Shown: one piece after another, positions 29,538 to 39,961 of the stretch
Numbering within the stretch: position 1 is the stretch's first letter
Layout: each line of letters starts with the position of its first letter
Virus record (IMG/VR): IMGVR_UViG_3300042881_004206
Origin: a virus
Lineage: Duplodnaviria > Caudoviricetes
Direction: 5' to 3' (one strand)
DNA length: 64,000 nucleotides
Notes under the pieces: generated by a model
The model's input: the letters and a program-made list of their open reading frames with translations, nothing else
Database searches by the model: none
What the model was told of the DNA's origin: nothing
Position numbers and translations under genes: made by a program

Positions 29538-29960
29538 ATGAATACTTTTGATAAAAACATGGAAAAAATATTTGATGTGATGCCCACGGAACAAAAAACA
29601 GAAATACTTCCGGCTATCAAGGACAATCAATCAATTGCAAATTCGGATCTTAAAGAAGACCTAGAAGATGCATATCAGCAATCTAAAGATAATCTTCAGG
29701 ATATCATAGATCAAGGTAAAGAAGCTATGTCAGAAATACTGGAGATAGCTAAGGCAGGACAACATCCTAGAGCATTTGAAGTTTATGGCACTCTGTTGAA
29801 AAACATGGTTGATGCCAATAAAGAACTTTTGAATATACAAAAACAGATGCGTGATATGGATAAGTCCAATAAAAAAGAAGGTGATACAAAAATTGACAAA
29901 GCCATTTTTGTTGGAAGTTCGGCTGACTTGAATAAATTACTCAAGGGCAATAAAGAATGA
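29538..29960 (+). CDS. gp16: Terminase small subunit gp16
   Basis: 'A....HPRA.EV...L' and 'FVGS..DL.KLL'; lies directly before gp17. Confidence 0.88.
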   Translation: MNTFDKNMEKIFDVMPTEQKTEILPAIKDNQSIANSDLKEDLEDAYQQSKDNLQDIIDQGKEAMSEILEIAKAGQHPRAFEVYGTLLKNMVDANKELLNIQKQMRDMDKSNKKEGDTKIDKAIFVGSSADLNKLLKGNKE

Positions 29961-31666
29961 TCGTTGATGATGAAATTGAAGACTATGATTTAGGTTCAAA
30001 AGAAACTTATCGAGACAATCCACTGCTGAAAAAAGCAGGAGTGAAGGTTGAATATACTCAAGAACAAATCGATGAGTATATCAAGTGTTCAAAAGATCCC
30101 ATATATTTTGCTGAAAATTATGTGACCATCGTCAACGTTGATGTTGGTTTAATGAAATTCAAAATGTGGGATTTCCAGAAACAAATGATTAGTGTTTATC
30201 ACAATAATCGTTTCTCAATAACAAAATGTCCTCGTCAGGTTGGTAAAACAACCACATCAGTTGCATACTTACTTTGGGTATCAATTTTTAACGACACACA
30301 AAACATAGCGGTTCTTGCCAATAAAGGTTCTTTGGCTAGAGATATCTTGGCTAAATTTCAACTTGCATATGAAAATTTACCAGTCTGGTTGCAGCAAGGT
30401 GTTGTTGTTTGGAATAAAGGTAATGTTGAACTTGAAAACGGTTCGAAAATTATGGCTGCATCAACATCAAGTTCAGCCATCCGAGGCGGCGCATTCAATT
30501 TAGTATTCTTAGATGAATTTGCATTCGTACCTAATAATATTGCTGAAGAATTCTTTAATTCAGTTTATCCTGTAATATCTTCTGGTAAAACCACTAAAAT
30601 TATAATTGTTTCCACTCCTAATGGCATGAATCTGTTCTATAAATTATGGATGGATGCCATCAATAAAAGAAACAACTATAAAACATTTGAGATCCATTGG
30701 TCGATGGTGCCAGGTCGGGATGAGGCCTGGAAAGAAGAAACAATTCGAAATACATCTGAACGACAATTCAGACAAGAGTTCGAAACCGAGTTCTTAGGTT
30801 CGTCCAACACACTAATTTCTGGTTACAAACTACAGACTATCAGTTACCGAGATCCTATTGCTGTACATGATGCGTTAAAAATCTATGAGATGCCACAAAA
30901 AGAAAGTGAAGGATCTAAAACGGATCATCTATATTGTATCTGTGTCGATGTTTCCGAAGGTAAAAATCTAGATTGTTCCGCATTTCAGGTAATTGATATC
31001 TCATCTATACCATATAAACAAGTGGCTTCGTATGCAAGTTCGTCTGTAACCCCAATACTTTTTCCTACAATAATCTATAATGCAGCCAGAATGTATAATG
31101 ATGCATATATTTTGGTAGAAATTAATAATAATCCACAAGTTGCAGATTCATTACATGCAGATTTCGAATATGAAAATTTGTGGAAAATTTATACCGGCAA
31201 CAAACAACCGCAACAGTTGTCTGCCGGTTTTGCTCGTGGTATACAAATGGGACTGAAAATGTCACCTCAAGTCAAAGCCATTGGTTGTTCTAATCTAAAA
31301 ACTTTGATTGAAGGTGACAAATTGGTCATACATGATTTCGACACCTATTCAGAATTGACAACTTTTGAACAACAAAAGAATTCTTTCAAGGCTGCCGAAG
31401 GTGCAAACGATGATTTGGTTATGAGTCTAGTCATTTTTGCATGGGTGGCGACTCAAAAATATTTCAAAGAAATTGTCAATCACGACATAAGAAAACAAAT
31501 TCAGTTGGAAAAAATGAATCAAGTTGATGATTTGATGTTGCCGGCTCCATTAATTGAAGACGGACTGGAACACGATTTCGAAATAATGGATGGAGATGTT
31601 TGGGAAGTTGCAAATGGCGGCGAAGTTTATACAAGTTCCATCAAAAAACTAATGGAAAGATTGTAA
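29957..31666 (+). CDS. gp17: Terminase large subunit gp17
   Basis: Walker A RQVGKTT, Walker B LDEFAF, and an RNase H-like nuclease domain (DVSEG...DDLVMS). Confidence 0.97.
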   Translation: MIVDDEIEDYDLGSKETYRDNPLLKKAGVKVEYTQEQIDEYIKCSKDPIYFAENYVTIVNVDVGLMKFKMWDFQKQMISVYHNNRFSITKCPRQVGKTTTSVAYLLWVSIFNDTQNIAVLANKGSLARDILAKFQLAYENLPVWLQQGVVVWNKGNVELENGSKIMAASTSSSAIRGGAFNLVFLDEFAFVPNNIAEEFFNSVYPVISSGKTTKIIIVSTPNGMNLFYKLWMDAINKRNNYKTFEIHWSMVPGRDEAWKEETIRNTSERQFRQEFETEFLGSSNTLISGYKLQTISYRDPIAVHDALKIYEMPQKESEGSKTDHLYCICVDVSEGKNLDCSAFQVIDISSIPYKQVASYASSSVTPILFPTIIYNAARMYNDAYILVEINNNPQVADSLHADFEYENLWKIYTGNKQPQQLSAGFARGIQMGLKMSPQVKAIGCSNLKTLIEGDKLVIHDFDTYSELTTFEQQKNSFKAAEGANDDLVMSLVIFAWVATQKYFKEIVNHDIRKQIQLEKMNQVDDLMLPAPLIEDGLEHDFEIMDGDVWEVANGGEVYTSSIKKLMERL

Positions 31667-31677
31667 ATCCAGCCTTT

Positions 31678-31685
31678 CATAAATA
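31678..31685 (+). promoter_or_regulatory. Late promoter CATAAATA upstream of gp18
   Basis: T4 late consensus in the intergenic region. Further copies at 33442-33448 (gp19), 38488-38494 (gp23) and 39937-39943 (gp3). Confidence 0.75.
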
Positions 31686-31738
31686 TTCAGTATGGTATTC
31701 TAACTGCCAAAAGAACATAATATTTCAAGGAGAATAAA

Positions 31739-33442
31739 ATGGCATTTCAAATCTCTCCAGGCGTAAATGTAACAGAAGTTGATCTTACAACTGTCGTTCC
31801 TTCGTTACTGACAACCGCTGGTGCAACAGCAGGCACATTCAAATGGGGTCCTGCCGAAAAAGTAAAATTAATTGATAGTGAAATTACTTTAACCAAAACA
31901 TTTGGTACTCCAGATTCCAATTCAGCCGTGTCTTTTTTCACAGCTGCTAACTTTTTGGCATATGGAAACAATCTCAGTGTTGTTCGTGCTGTTGGTGCAA
32001 ACTCAAAGAATGCTGATGCAAATACTTCCGTAACTAATGTACAAGTAAAAAATGAAGATGTTTTTGAGGTCTCTTATTTAAATAACACAAATTCGAACAA
32101 CTATGGCGCATTCATGGCAAGATATCCAGGTGCGTTAGGAAATTCGTTAACAATTGAAGTATTTGACAGTTCAAATACCACTCTGTTCAATGCTTGGTCT
32201 TATAAAAACTATTTCACAGCAGCTCCAGGCACTTCAGATTATGCATCTTCAGTAAACGGAAGCAATGATGAAATGCATATTATTGTTGTTGACACAGGTG
32301 GTTTATTCACCGGTGCCGCCGGTACAGTGTTAGAAACATACCCATTTGTTTCAAAAGCTGTCGATGCAACAATCAACGGAACAACCAATTACTATAAACA
32401 GTTAATATTCAATAACTCAAATTATATTTTTGCAACCGATCCAGTTGACTATGCAAACACAAACGCAACTTGGGGTCTGTCGGCGGCAAACACAACTTTT
32501 GCTCGCACATCAACATCCACCGTTTCGGTAACATTATCAAACGGAACAGATGAGACACCAAGTTCATCAAACTTACATACAGCTTTTGATCTATTCAGTA
32601 ACAAAGAAACTATAGATATTTCTTTGGTATTGACTGGAGATGCTCCTTATGCAACACAACAACATGTGATTGATAACATTGTTTCTGTTCGCAAAGATTG
32701 TGTAGCGTTTGTTTCTCCTCCTTATTCTTCAGTTGTCAATCAAGCTGGAAACGAAACATCAAATATTCAAAGCTGGTTGAATAGTTTGAATAGATCTTCA
32801 TCTTATGTTGTTGCGGATTCTGGTTGGAAATATCAGTTTGACAAATACAACAATGTGTATCGTTGGATACCGATGAACGGTGATATTGCTGGACTCTGTG
32901 TGTATACCGACACAATCAAAGATCCTTGGTTCTCTCCAGCCGGTTTCAACCGTGGTGCAATCAAAAATTGCATCAAGTTGGCATGGAATCCAAACAAAAC
33001 GAGTCGGGATGTTCTATATTCAGCCGGCGTAAATCCAGTAGTTTCTTTCCCAGGCCAAGGAACAGTACTGTTTGGAGATAAGACACTGCAATCAAAACCT
33101 TCTGCTTTCGACAGAATTAATGTTCGTAGACTGTTCTTGGTATTAGAGAAGGCAATTTCAAATGCTGCTCAATACTCGTTGTTTGAATTAAACGATGAAT
33201 TCACAAGAGCTCAGTTTGTATCTTTGGTAACTCCATTCTTGCGAGATGTTCAAGGTCGCCGTGGTATTACTGATTTCAAGATTGTTTGTGACAGAACAAA
33301 TAATACCGCACAAGTTATCGACAGCAATCGTTTTGTTGGTGACATTTATATCAAGCCTGCTCGTTCAACCAACTACATTCAGCTGAACTTCGTTGCCGTT
33401 GGAACAGGTGTCGACTTCACAACAATCGTTGGTGCGGCCTAA
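31739..33442 (+). CDS. gp18: Tail sheath protein gp18
   Basis: 'SPGV.V.E.DLT', 'PWFSPAG..RG' and 'FDRINVRRLF'. Confidence 0.96.
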   Translation: MAFQISPGVNVTEVDLTTVVPSLLTTAGATAGTFKWGPAEKVKLIDSEITLTKTFGTPDSNSAVSFFTAANFLAYGNNLSVVRAVGANSKNADANTSVTNVQVKNEDVFEVSYLNNTNSNNYGAFMARYPGALGNSLTIEVFDSSNTTLFNAWSYKNYFTAAPGTSDYASSVNGSNDEMHIIVVDTGGLFTGAAGTVLETYPFVSKAVDATINGTTNYYKQLIFNNSNYIFATDPVDYANTNATWGLSAANTTFARTSTSTVSVTLSNGTDETPSSSNLHTAFDLFSNKETIDISLVLTGDAPYATQQHVIDNIVSVRKDCVAFVSPPYSSVVNQAGNETSNIQSWLNSLNRSSSYVVADSGWKYQFDKYNNVYRWIPMNGDIAGLCVYTDTIKDPWFSPAGFNRGAIKNCIKLAWNPNKTSRDVLYSAGVNPVVSFPGQGTVLFGDKTLQSKPSAFDRINVRRLFLVLEKAISNAAQYSLFELNDEFTRAQFVSLVTPFLRDVQGRRGITDFKIVCDRTNNTAQVIDSNRFVGDIYIKPARSTNYIQLNFVAVGTGVDFTTIVGAA

Positions 33443-33469
33443 TAAATAAAACGATAACAGGAGAAAATA

Positions 33470-34012
33470 ATGGCATTTAACGTAGCAGAATTTAGAGCAA
33501 ATATGATTGGTGACGGTGCTCGTCCCAATCTATTCTCTGTGTCTCTAGTTTTTCCAACAGTCGCAACGAACTCAACTGCAGCCGGTCAGAAAGTAACATT
33601 CATGGCCAAAGCGGCACAGTTACCAGGTTCAACAATTGGTACTGTACCAGTCTTTTACTTTGGTCGCGAAATGAAATTTCCTGGTAACAGAAGTTTTGCT
33701 GATTGGACATTGACAATCATCAACGATGAAGACTTTGTTGTTCGCAATTCATTAGAATCTTGGTTGAATGCAATCAATAGTCACTCAACTAATGTTCGCA
33801 ATAATGTTGCACAAAATTCAACAGGTTATTCGGTTGATGCTTTGGTTACACAATATGGCAAAACTGGCGAAACATTAAAGACTTACAAGTTTGTTGGCTT
33901 ATTCCCTGTCGATGTTGCTCCAATTGATTTAGATTGGGCTTCAAATGATACAATCGAAGAATATACGGCAACCTTTGCATATCAGTGGTGGGAAACAAAT
34001 ACTACTACTTAA
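33470..34012 (+). CDS. gp19: Tail tube protein gp19
   Basis: 'GARPNLF.V', 'LPGSTIG...V.YFGR..K.PG.R.F..W' and 'IEE...TF.Y.WW'. Confidence 0.95.
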   Translation: MAFNVAEFRANMIGDGARPNLFSVSLVFPTVATNSTAAGQKVTFMAKAAQLPGSTIGTVPVFYFGREMKFPGNRSFADWTLTIINDEDFVVRNSLESWLNAINSHSTNVRNNVAQNSTGYSVDALVTQYGKTGETLKTYKFVGLFPVDVAPIDLDWASNDTIEEYTATFAYQWWETNTTT

Positions 34013-34027
34013 TTGTTATATAATTCT

Positions 34028-34049
34028 GGAGGGCATTTTGCCCTCCTTT
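34028..34049 (+). terminator. Rho-independent terminator after gp19
   Basis: GGAGGGCA-TTT-TGCCCTCC followed by TTT. Confidence 0.7.
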
Positions 34050-34085
34050 ATGTTTTTGTGATTTTGTAATTGAAAAGAAAGAAAT

Positions 34086-35777
34086 ATGGCAACAAATAAT
34101 AAATTTTCTCTGTTCGGATTCACTATATCCCGTGACAAGGATAGTGAAGAAGTACAGGCTGTTCAACAATCTTTTGCACCACCGGCTGCGGACGATGGGG
34201 CATTAACAATACAATCTGCTGCCTATTATGGTACCTATGTTGATTTAGATGGTACCGCAAAAAATGAAGTCGAGTTAATATCTCGTTATCGTGAAATGGC
34301 AATGCAACCAGAAATTGAATCGGCAATCGATGATATTGTTAATGAAGCTATCTGTCAAGACGATGATGGTAAAATTATTGATATTGTTTTAGATAATTTG
34401 AAACAACCTGATCGTATTAAGAAAGCAATCAAAGAAGAATTTCAAACCGTTTTGCGTCTTTTAAATTATAATAATATGGCGCAAGATATGTTTAGAAGAT
34501 ACTATATTGACGGTCGTATGTTTTATCATATTATTATTGATAAGACAGCACCTGATCAAGGTATCAAAGAATTGCGTTATATTGATCCACGCAAACTCCG
34601 TAAAGTGCGAGAAATCAGAAAACAAAAAGATGAACGCACCGGTGTGGAAACAATGAAAACAATTAATGAGTATTACATTTATAATGATAAAGTAGTTTCA
34701 GGTAGTTCTTCAAATTATGGACCAGTTGGTGTACGCATAACAACAGATTCTATTATTTCTGTTGTTTCTGGATTAATGGATTCACGCCGTGCAGTTGTAC
34801 TTTCTTATCTGCACAAGGCAATTAAACCATTGAACCAATTGCGCATGATTGAAGATGCTACTGTTATTTACCGTATTTCACGCGCACCGGAAAGAAGAAT
34901 ATTCTATATTGATGTAGGTAATCTGCCCAAATTAAAGGCGGAACAATATCTTCGTGACATTATGATTAAGTATAAAAATAAACTTGTATATGATGCAAAC
35001 ACCGGTGAAGTACGAGATGACCGTAAATTCCTGTCAATGATGGAAGACTTCTGGTTACCGCGCAGAGAAGGTGGCAAAGGCACAGAAATCACAACATTAC
35101 CAGGCGGTCAAAACTTGGGTGAATTGGAAGATGTTAAATATTTCGAAAAGAAACTATATAAATCATTAAATGTACCTGTATCTAGACTGGAACCAAATCA
35201 AGGTTTTTCTATTGGTCGGGTTGCCGAAGTTACAAGAGATGAACTAAAGTTTTCAAAATTTGTCGATAGATTACGCAATAAGTTTTCGGATGTATTTGAC
35301 CAAGCACTTAGAGTGCAGTGTGTTTTAAAAGGAATATGTACAGCCGAAGAATGGGATATTTTTAAAGAATACATATACTATGATTTTATTAAAGACAATA
35401 ATTTTTCTGAATTAAAAGAAGCAGAATTAATGACAAACAGATTGCAACTTTTAAGTTCAATCGATGCATATACAGGTCGTTATTTCTCTCAAAAATGGAT
35501 TCAGAGAAATGTATTGCGTTTAACTGACGATCAAATTAAAGAAATGCAATCTGAAATAGATAAAGAAAAACAAGAAGGTTTAGGTTTACCGACTGAAGTT
35601 ACTAACCAAGTCGCTCAAGCACAAATGATGGGTCAAGTAGAATTGGAACAACAAGCTCAAACGGCAGAAATTCAATCTGATACACAAAATAGACAAACAC
35701 AGCAACAAGTTCAACAAAAACCTGAAGCTGATTTGAAGCTAGAGAATACCTTTAGTAAATTGAAACGTATATTATAA
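34086..35777 (+). CDS. gp20: Portal protein gp20
   Basis: 'YRI.RAPERRIFYIDVGNLPK.KAEQYL' and 'EDFWLPRREGGKGTEITTLPGGQNLG'. Confidence 0.98.
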   Translation: MATNNKFSLFGFTISRDKDSEEVQAVQQSFAPPAADDGALTIQSAAYYGTYVDLDGTAKNEVELISRYREMAMQPEIESAIDDIVNEAICQDDDGKIIDIVLDNLKQPDRIKKAIKEEFQTVLRLLNYNNMAQDMFRRYYIDGRMFYHIIIDKTAPDQGIKELRYIDPRKLRKVREIRKQKDERTGVETMKTINEYYIYNDKVVSGSSSNYGPVGVRITTDSIISVVSGLMDSRRAVVLSYLHKAIKPLNQLRMIEDATVIYRISRAPERRIFYIDVGNLPKLKAEQYLRDIMIKYKNKLVYDANTGEVRDDRKFLSMMEDFWLPRREGGKGTEITTLPGGQNLGELEDVKYFEKKLYKSLNVPVSRLEPNQGFSIGRVAEVTRDELKFSKFVDRLRNKFSDVFDQALRVQCVLKGICTAEEWDIFKEYIYYDFIKDNNFSELKEAELMTNRLQLLSSIDAYTGRYFSQKWIQRNVLRLTDDQIKEMQSEIDKEKQEGLGLPTEVTNQVAQAQMMGQVELEQQAQTAEIQSDTQNRQTQQQVQQKPEADLKLENTFSKLKRIL

Positions 35778-35787
35778 GGAGTTAAAA

Positions 35788-35985
35788 ATGCCAAATACAC
35801 GAGCTATTATAGATTATGCTTTCGAAGATGATGCAAAAAATATGAGAGATGCATTTTATGCGGCTCTACAAGATAAAGTTTTGAATCATATTGAAACACA
35901 CAAAATTGAAGTTGCCAAAAATTTTTTCTCCAAGCCAGAAGAAACAATAGAAGTCGATACTGATACCAGTGGCGAACAACAATAA
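35788..35985 (+). CDS. Small acidic prohead core protein, gp67-like
   Basis: Lies directly after the portal gene, is 65 aa with an acidic tail, and has a GGAG SD. Confidence 0.6.
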   Translation: MPNTRAIIDYAFEDDAKNMRDAFYAALQDKVLNHIETHKIEVAKNFFSKPEETIEVDTDTSGEQQ

Positions 35986-35997
35986 TAGGAAATAAAA

Positions 35998-36537
35998 ATG
36001 CCAAATAGATTTTCTTATCAAGTATTAAAAGATGATACGCAATTTGCTGTTATCAAATTGACCGGAGAATTTGATGGTTCCGGTCAAGAAGATAATGTTC
36101 GTAGAATTCAAGCAAACACACTTTCTGGTGCAATGGATACATCGAAAGCGAATTTATTGTCATCGGCAGCCAACACTGGTGCATTACCATACTATGGTTT
36201 GTCTATAACTCGTTGTTGGTTTGAAACTGATACCAGTGGCGGTGATGTACAATTATATTGGGCAAATAACATAAGCGCCACGGCTGCTGATGGTGTTCCA
36301 ATCTTTTTATTGCAAGGTGGTGGCGAGTATGACATAACCGGAAGTTGGTCTTCAATGCACAATCCTACAGTAACGGCAAACAACAATGGTGATATTGCTA
36401 TTCGCACAAGAGGTCAGGTTGCCAACTCTAGTTACACTATTGTTTTAGAATTGCGCAAAGACAATGCACACTATCAGCGCGGTCAGTTCAACGATCCTGC
36501 TGCCTTCAACTACGGATCTTACGGAGTAAGGCCATGA
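35998..36537 (+). CDS. Hypothetical head-module protein at the gp68 position (179 aa)
   Basis: Has an SD and lies between the gp67-like gene and gp21; no recognisable gp68 motif. Confidence 0.6.
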   Translation: MPNRFSYQVLKDDTQFAVIKLTGEFDGSGQEDNVRRIQANTLSGAMDTSKANLLSSAANTGALPYYGLSITRCWFETDTSGGDVQLYWANNISATAADGVPIFLLQGGGEYDITGSWSSMHNPTVTANNNGDIAIRTRGQVANSSYTIVLELRKDNAHYQRGQFNDPAAFNYGSYGVRP

Positions 36538-37178
36538 AATTAATTAAAGAAGTTACCGAATCGGTCAATTATTTGACCGAGGAAAAAGACGGAAAAAAGT
36601 TCCTTTACATTGAAGGTCCTTTTTTGGTCTCTGAAAAAGTTAATCGTAACGGTCGCATGTATAAAGAAGAAACCATGCATAAAGAAGTAGAACGTTACAC
36701 TGAAGAATACATTAATAAAAACCGTGCCTTTGGTGAACTGGGTCATCCAGACACCCCATCTATTAATCTCGACCGTGTATCACACTTAATTGTTGGATTA
36801 CGCAAAGAGGGATCAGAGTGGATAGGCAAAGCGAAAATTCTTGAAACACCCATGGGCAATATCGCTCGTCAAATTATCGAAGGTGGTGGCCAAGTCGGCG
36901 TATCATCTAGAGGTTTGGGTTCATTAAAAACCGTTAACGGTGTTAATATAGTTCAAGATGATTTTCATCTAGCCACAGCGGCAGATATCGTAGCAGATCC
37001 TTCTGCACCCGGAGCATTCGTTCAAGGTATTATGGAAGGCAAAGAGTGGATGATGGTGAATGATGTTTGGACTGAAGTTCAGTATGAAGAAGCAAGAAAA
37101 CAAATTCGTCAAGCTTCTCGTAAAGAGATTGAACAAGTAAGTTTAAAGATATTCGAAAACTTCATCAAAAAACTCTAA
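36534..37178 (+). CDS. gp21: Prohead protease gp21
   Basis: 'NRNGR.Y', 'GELGHP', 'GVSSRGLGS' and 'DIVADPSAP.AFV'. Confidence 0.97.
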   Translation: MKLIKEVTESVNYLTEEKDGKKFLYIEGPFLVSEKVNRNGRMYKEETMHKEVERYTEEYINKNRAFGELGHPDTPSINLDRVSHLIVGLRKEGSEWIGKAKILETPMGNIARQIIEGGGQVGVSSRGLGSLKTVNGVNIVQDDFHLATAADIVADPSAPGAFVQGIMEGKEWMMVNDVWTEVQYEEARKQIRQASRKEIEQVSLKIFENFIKKL

Positions 37179-37179
37179 T

Positions 37180-37187
37180 TATAAATA
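37180..37187 (+). promoter_or_regulatory. Late promoter TATAAATA upstream of gp22
   Basis: Perfect T4 late consensus. Confidence 0.85.
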
Positions 37188-37216
37188 TCCAATATAAAAT
37201 TAAGGAGATTCTCAAA

Positions 37217-38491
37217 ATGGGAAAATTTAATCTGACAGATGCCGCTAAAGCAGTTTTAATCGAAGATGCAAAGTCATCATTCGATTCTAATGTTGCTTCC
37301 AAAAAAGGTGGCCAAGACAAGCCAGCCAAATTAGCAGCCGCTGTTGCATATGGCACAAAGGATGCAGGTAAGGTTGGTGATTCACCTGAGAAAGAGGATG
37401 ATGCAAATCCTGATTTCACAAAGGGCACACCTTCTGCTACCCCACCTGGTGCAACACCACCAGTAGGTGCTCAACCTATGGCAAAATTAGGTGGTCAGCC
37501 TGGTGAATCTGCAGGCGCAGAACACAAAGCTGTTCAAGAGCCTGCCACAGACTATTCTGCCATTCGTGACAGAATCAAGGCTAAATTAGCAAAGCAAACC
37601 ATGCAAGCTAATCCTGGCGCCGTAGCTCCTTATGTTCCAGAAGAAACTGAACAAGAAGGTGAATTGGTTTCGGAAGCCGAAAAAGAAAAAGAACACGAAG
37701 ATGAAGCTCAAGACAAAGCTCTCATCAAGAAAATGATGAAAAAAGAAAAGATGAAAGAGAAGATGAAAGAAGATGTTGATGCCCTTCTTTCTGGTGAAAA
37801 TCTTTCTGAAGAATTCGTTTCTAAGGCCACTACAATTTTTGAAGCTGCCGTCATTGCACGGTCACAAGCTATCGTAGAAGAAATTGAGAATGCTTTGACA
37901 GAAGAATTCGAAGTCGCTGTTGAAGAAGTCAAGAATGAGTTGGCTTCCAAACTAGACGATTATATTGGTTATATGGCGGAAGAATGGTTCAAAGAGAATC
38001 AATTGGCTATCGAGTCTGGTCTGCGTTCTGAAATCGTAGAAGACTTTATGGAAGGCCTACACAACCTGTTCAACGAACACTACATTGACATTCCAGAGGA
38101 AAAAGTTAATGTTGTTGAAGAATTGACCGACCGTGTTGTTGAATTGGAAGAATCTCTCAATCAAGAAATTCTGGCCGCAGTAGAACTACGCAAGGAATTA
38201 AACGAACACAAAAAAATTGAGGCCGTACATGCAGTATGTGAAGGCCTAACGCAGACTCAGGTAGAAAAACTAAAAGCGCTCGCAGAGGGTGTAGAGTTCA
38301 CTACTGAGGAAGAATTCATTGGCAAACTGGAAACACTAGTTGAGTCTTATTTCCAGACCCCAGTTAAAGCCGCCGAATCTTCTGCACTCAACGAGGAAGT
38401 TGAAATCGAAGAAGACAAGAAAATAAATGTTTCTGTCGATCCATCGGTTCAACATTACGCACAAATCATTTCTAAAACATTGGTAAAATAA
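37217..38491 (+). CDS. gp22: Prohead scaffold protein gp22
   Basis: Acidic coiled coil with 'KA.TIFEAAV' and 'W..EN..AIE.GLR.E'; lies between gp21 and gp23. Confidence 0.93.
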   Translation: MGKFNLTDAAKAVLIEDAKSSFDSNVASKKGGQDKPAKLAAAVAYGTKDAGKVGDSPEKEDDANPDFTKGTPSATPPGATPPVGAQPMAKLGGQPGESAGAEHKAVQEPATDYSAIRDRIKAKLAKQTMQANPGAVAPYVPEETEQEGELVSEAEKEKEHEDEAQDKALIKKMMKKEKMKEKMKEDVDALLSGENLSEEFVSKATTIFEAAVIARSQAIVEEIENALTEEFEVAVEEVKNELASKLDDYIGYMAEEWFKENQLAIESGLRSEIVEDFMEGLHNLFNEHYIDIPEEKVNVVEELTDRVVELEESLNQEILAAVELRKELNEHKKIEAVHAVCEGLTQTQVEKLKALAEGVEFTTEEEFIGKLETLVESYFQTPVKAAESSALNEEVEIEEDKKINVSVDPSVQHYAQIISKTLVK

Positions 38492-38532
38492 ATAAAATTT
38501 ACCATAATAGATACCTATAAGGAGATAACTAA

Positions 38533-39873
38533 ATGTATCTAACTGAAGAACTGCAAAAGAAATGGCAACCTGTTCTGGATCATCCAGAACTGGATGCTAT
38601 CAAGGATCCATACAAGAAAGCAGTTACTGCTCTTGTTCTGGAGAACCAACAGCGTGAAATGTCTGCAGCTGCACAGCAACTGAACGAAGCTACTGCTGCA
38701 GCACCAACAAACGTTGCAGGTGGTGTTTCTAACTACGATCCAATCTTAATCAGCCTGGTTCGTCGTGCTCTGCCTAACCTGATTGCTTATGACGTTGCTG
38801 GCGTTCAGCCAATGACAGGTCCTACAGGCCTGATCTTCGCAATGCGCGCTCGTTACAATGCTCAGTCCGGTGCTCCTTCGAACACCAACGAAGCTTTCTT
38901 CAACGAAGCTAATACCATTTTCTCTGGTACTGGTTCTTCTGCTAACCCATACGGCTTCCGTGGTAATAACGCTACTGACGTTGTTACTAACGCTGGTGCT
39001 GATCTGACTGCTAACAGTTATACAACTGGTATTGGTCTGCCAACATCAACTGCTGAAGGTCTGGGTGCAGATGGCAATCCTGCTTTCCAACAAATGGCAT
39101 TCAGCATTGAGAAGGTTACCGTTACCGCTCAATCACGCGCACTGAAGGCTGAGTATTCGTTAGAACTGGCACAAGACCTGAAGGCAATTCACGGTCTGGA
39201 TGCCGAGACAGAACTGTCTAACATTCTGTCTACAGAAATTCTGGCTGAAATCAACCGCGAAGTTATCCGTACAATCTATGCAACTGCTGTTGCTGGTGCT
39301 CAGTACGGTACAACAACTGCTGGTGCTTTCGACCTGGATACCGATTCTAACGGCCGTTGGTCTGTTGAGCGCTTCAAGGGTCTGATTTTCCAAATCGAGC
39401 GTGACGCTAACGTCATTGCCAAGCAGACTCGTAGAGGCAAGGGTAACGTTCTGATCGTTTCGTCAGACGTTGCTTCTGCTATGGCTATGGCTGGTGTTCT
39501 TTCTTATACACCTGCTCTGTCTGCTGACCTGCAAGTAGATGACACTGGCAATACATTTGCTGGTCTGCTGCATGGCCGCATCAAGGTTTACATCGATCCA
39601 TATTTCGGTGGTTATACATCTAATCAAGAACTGGTAACAGTTGGTTATAAGGGTACTTCTCCTTATGACGCTGGTCTGTTCTACTGCCCATACGTTCCTC
39701 TACAGATGGTTCGTGCAGTTGATCAGTTCACATTCCAGCCAAAGATTGGTTTCAAGACCCGTTATGGCATGGTTGCAAACCCATTTGCAACTGGTCTGAC
39801 AAGCGGCAACGGTGCTCTGAACGCTCGTTCGAACGTTTACTATCGCATCTTCGCTGTCAAGAACCTGATGTAA
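38533..39873 (+). CDS. gp23: Major capsid protein gp23
   Basis: 'GVQPMTGPTGLIFAMR', 'RALKAEYS.ELAQDLKA.HGLDAE.EL' and 'FQPKIGFKTRYG'. Confidence 0.99.
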   Translation: MYLTEELQKKWQPVLDHPELDAIKDPYKKAVTALVLENQQREMSAAAQQLNEATAAAPTNVAGGVSNYDPILISLVRRALPNLIAYDVAGVQPMTGPTGLIFAMRARYNAQSGAPSNTNEAFFNEANTIFSGTGSSANPYGFRGNNATDVVTNAGADLTANSYTTGIGLPTSTAEGLGADGNPAFQQMAFSIEKVTVTAQSRALKAEYSLELAQDLKAIHGLDAETELSNILSTEILAEINREVIRTIYATAVAGAQYGTTTAGAFDLDTDSNGRWSVERFKGLIFQIERDANVIAKQTRRGKGNVLIVSSDVASAMAMAGVLSYTPALSADLQVDDTGNTFAGLLHGRIKVYIDPYFGGYTSNQELVTVGYKGTSPYDAGLFYCPYVPLQMVRAVDQFTFQPKIGFKTRYGMVANPFATGLTSGNGALNARSNVYYRIFAVKNLM

Positions 39874-39901
39874 TTTTTGAGTCACCGCAGAGTGACACTT
39901 C

Positions 39902-39931
39902 AAAGGGGGCACTTCGGTGCCCTCTTTTTTT
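39902..39931 (+). terminator. Rho-independent terminator after gp23
   Basis: AAAGGGGGCAC-TTCG-GTGCCCTCTTTTTTT, a UUCG hairpin plus U-tract. A small GTCAC/GTGAC hairpin at 39880-39895 precedes it. Confidence 0.9.
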
Positions 39932-39961
39932 ATCTCCTAAATACCTACAAAGGAGATTCAT

